Positions 62,600-64,000 of a DNA stretch of 64,000 nucleotides are shown here, piece after piece; within the stretch, counting starts at the first letter, position 1; each line of letters starts with the position of its first letter. The translations under genes were made by a program, and so were the position numbers. Below the pieces are notes generated by a model, which did not search any database, was not told the origin of the DNA, and saw only the letters and a list, made by a program, of their open reading frames with translations. The stretch is taken from positions 1 to 64,000 of the IMG/VR virus record IMGVR_UViG_3300017971_000190. One strand, given 5' to 3'.

Positions 62600-63414
62600 A
62601 CAAAATGTTTAAAGAAACAGCTTACCACCGCTACCTTTGGTACGTACTGCGACATAAATGGTACGTGGCGTTAGAATGTTGGAAGGAAGGTTTGTACTGG
62701 GCAGCTCTAGTGCACGACTGGAGCAAGTTTTTACCTGACGAATTTATCCCTTATGCTCGTCATTTTCATGGGCCACAAGCTAAAGAAAACTTGTCTGCTG
62801 AAAAAGGTAAAAGCGGTTACAAGAAACCAGTGAAGACGAATGATTCTTCTTTCGATCAAGCGTGGCTTCGGCACACTAGACGTAACCCTCACCATCCCGA
62901 ATACTGGGTTATGGGGAGAGTAGGAGAAGAAGCTACACCATTCCCTATGCCAGAAAAGTATGTACGTGAAATGGTCTGTGACTGGCGTGGGGCTGGGCGA
63001 GCACAAAATAATCCAGTACCTACTCACGAATGGTATCTATCTAATTTAGACCGACTACTTCTACATCCTCAAACTCAAGCTTTGATAGAAGATACTCTAG
63101 ATGTATTTAGAACGGTTATTGGGACCGCTGAAAATACTGCTAAAGGTGGAGAAACAGTTAGAGTTCTTACTGCTGCTAGTGGTTTTAACAGGGTAGAGGT
63201 TGATTTTCAAGTTGCTCCCAGTTTTACTGTAGAAAGTGGGGATTTAGTTTGTTTGCATAATAGTAATAAAGAGGTAAGACCTTTTATCCGTTATAAATAT
63301 GATAAACCGAAAATGATTACTAGATTAATGTCAAGCGCAATTCGAAAAGTTGGAATTTTTAATATCGATTACGCAGCACTGCTTATAGACCAAACCGAAA
63401 ATAAGGAAATTTAA
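62596..63414 (+). CDS. DUF5662-like HD-type domain protein with C-terminal extension
   Basis: HK..V..HDWSKF..H..NPHHPEYW..MP..EMVCDW.GA. Confidence 0.8.
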   Translation: MNKMFKETAYHRYLWYVLRHKWYVALECWKEGLYWAALVHDWSKFLPDEFIPYARHFHGPQAKENLSAEKGKSGYKKPVKTNDSSFDQAWLRHTRRNPHHPEYWVMGRVGEEATPFPMPEKYVREMVCDWRGAGRAQNNPVPTHEWYLSNLDRLLLHPQTQALIEDTLDVFRTVIGTAENTAKGGETVRVLTAASGFNRVEVDFQVAPSFTVESGDLVCLHNSNKEVRPFIRYKYDKPKMITRLMSSAIRKVGIFNIDYAALLIDQTENKEI

Positions 63415-64000
63415 ATGTCGTCACAGCGTTTCAGTCTTCTCAGCAAACCAGCAATTTTACACTACTTAGAAGCTGATGACATAATTATTGATCCTTTTGA
63501 TCCTGAAAATGTTGGAACAAACAGTTACGACGTTCGATTAGGTCGTCATATTTGGAGAGAACATCGGTTAGATGTTTCTCTTCCTTCTATTCACCAAAAA
63601 TATCTTTATAACCCTTATGATCAAGGACATGTAGAAACACTTTGGCACAAAGAGGAAGCTAGACCAGCCAAAGAAGTTTTAGAAATAAGCTTCATGCGTG
63701 GACATATTAAGGGTATTGATCCAGAGGATTTAATAGTTCTCATCAAACCAGGTGAGAGCATTTTAGCTCACACTCAAGAATTTATTGGTAGTCTTAGTCC
63801 CTTTATAACCACTAAAATGTTTGCTCGTAGCTCAACAGGTAGAAATTTCCTTCATGTATGTGCTGATGCTGGTGTTGGAGATGTAGGATTTGCAAATTTT
63901 TGGACCATGGAAATTTTTAATCGTAGTCGTTATCATACTATTCCTTTAGTGGTAGGTAGACGGTATGCTCAAATGACTTTCTTTGAAATTGAACCAATAG
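63415..64000 (+). CDS. dcd: dCTP deaminase (runs off the window end)
   Basis: Manual translation: L..II.PF....NSYDVRLG..PG..LAHTQEFIG..ARSSTGR..AG.GD.GF..MEI.N..Q..F; frame open to 64000. Confidence 0.88.
   Translation, partial: MSSQRFSLLSKPAILHYLEADDIIIDPFDPENVGTNSYDVRLGRHIWREHRLDVSLPSIHQKYLYNPYDQGHVETLWHKEEARPAKEVLEISFMRGHIKGIDPEDLIVLIKPGESILAHTQEFIGSLSPFITTKMFARSSTGRNFLHVCADAGVGDVGFANFWTMEIFNRSRYHTIPLVVGRRYAQMTFFEIEPI

Noticed and set aside
1-64000. Diversity-generating retroelement, integrase, RNase P or SRP RNA
   Set aside because: No reverse transcriptase or TR/VR pair, no recombinase, and no GAGGAAAGUC or SRP domain IV consensus seen

Overview
AT-rich, almost entirely + strand fragment of a large (jumbo-type) tailed phage genome. 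The host is probably Myxococcota/Deltaproteobacteria-like, inferred from an SspB-type adaptor, a DUF4215 Cys-repeat lipoprotein and an orphan receiver domain. Layout: (i) 1-7650, a dense non-coding RNA cluster with 8 canonical tRNAs, about 7 aberrant tRNA-like RNAs and many closed-stem structured RNAs, followed by an RNA ligase; (ii) 8.4-25.9 kb, small accessory genes (PARP-like ADP-ribosyltransferase, SspB, AT-hook nucleoid-type protein, SLOG, ClpX-Zn-finger fusion); (iii) 26-45.7 kb, a virion fibre/structural module plus spanin-like genes; (iv) 46-64 kb, replication and nucleotide genes (SAM decarboxylase, UDG-PolA fusion, type IIA topoisomerase B and A, Tmk, dCTP deaminase), a ninth tRNA, a putative endolysin and a receiver protein. 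The most striking observation is that the RNA cluster holds stand-alone copies of two 23S rRNA domains: the L11-binding GTPase-associated centre (967-1233, split by a 201-nt insert) and the L1 stalk (1709-1804). Each has its own closing helix and compensatory changes, and no rRNA operon surrounds them. This points to a phage-encoded ribosome/tRNA mimic (decoy) RNA array. All assignments are by eye from remembered consensus motifs; no searches were run.
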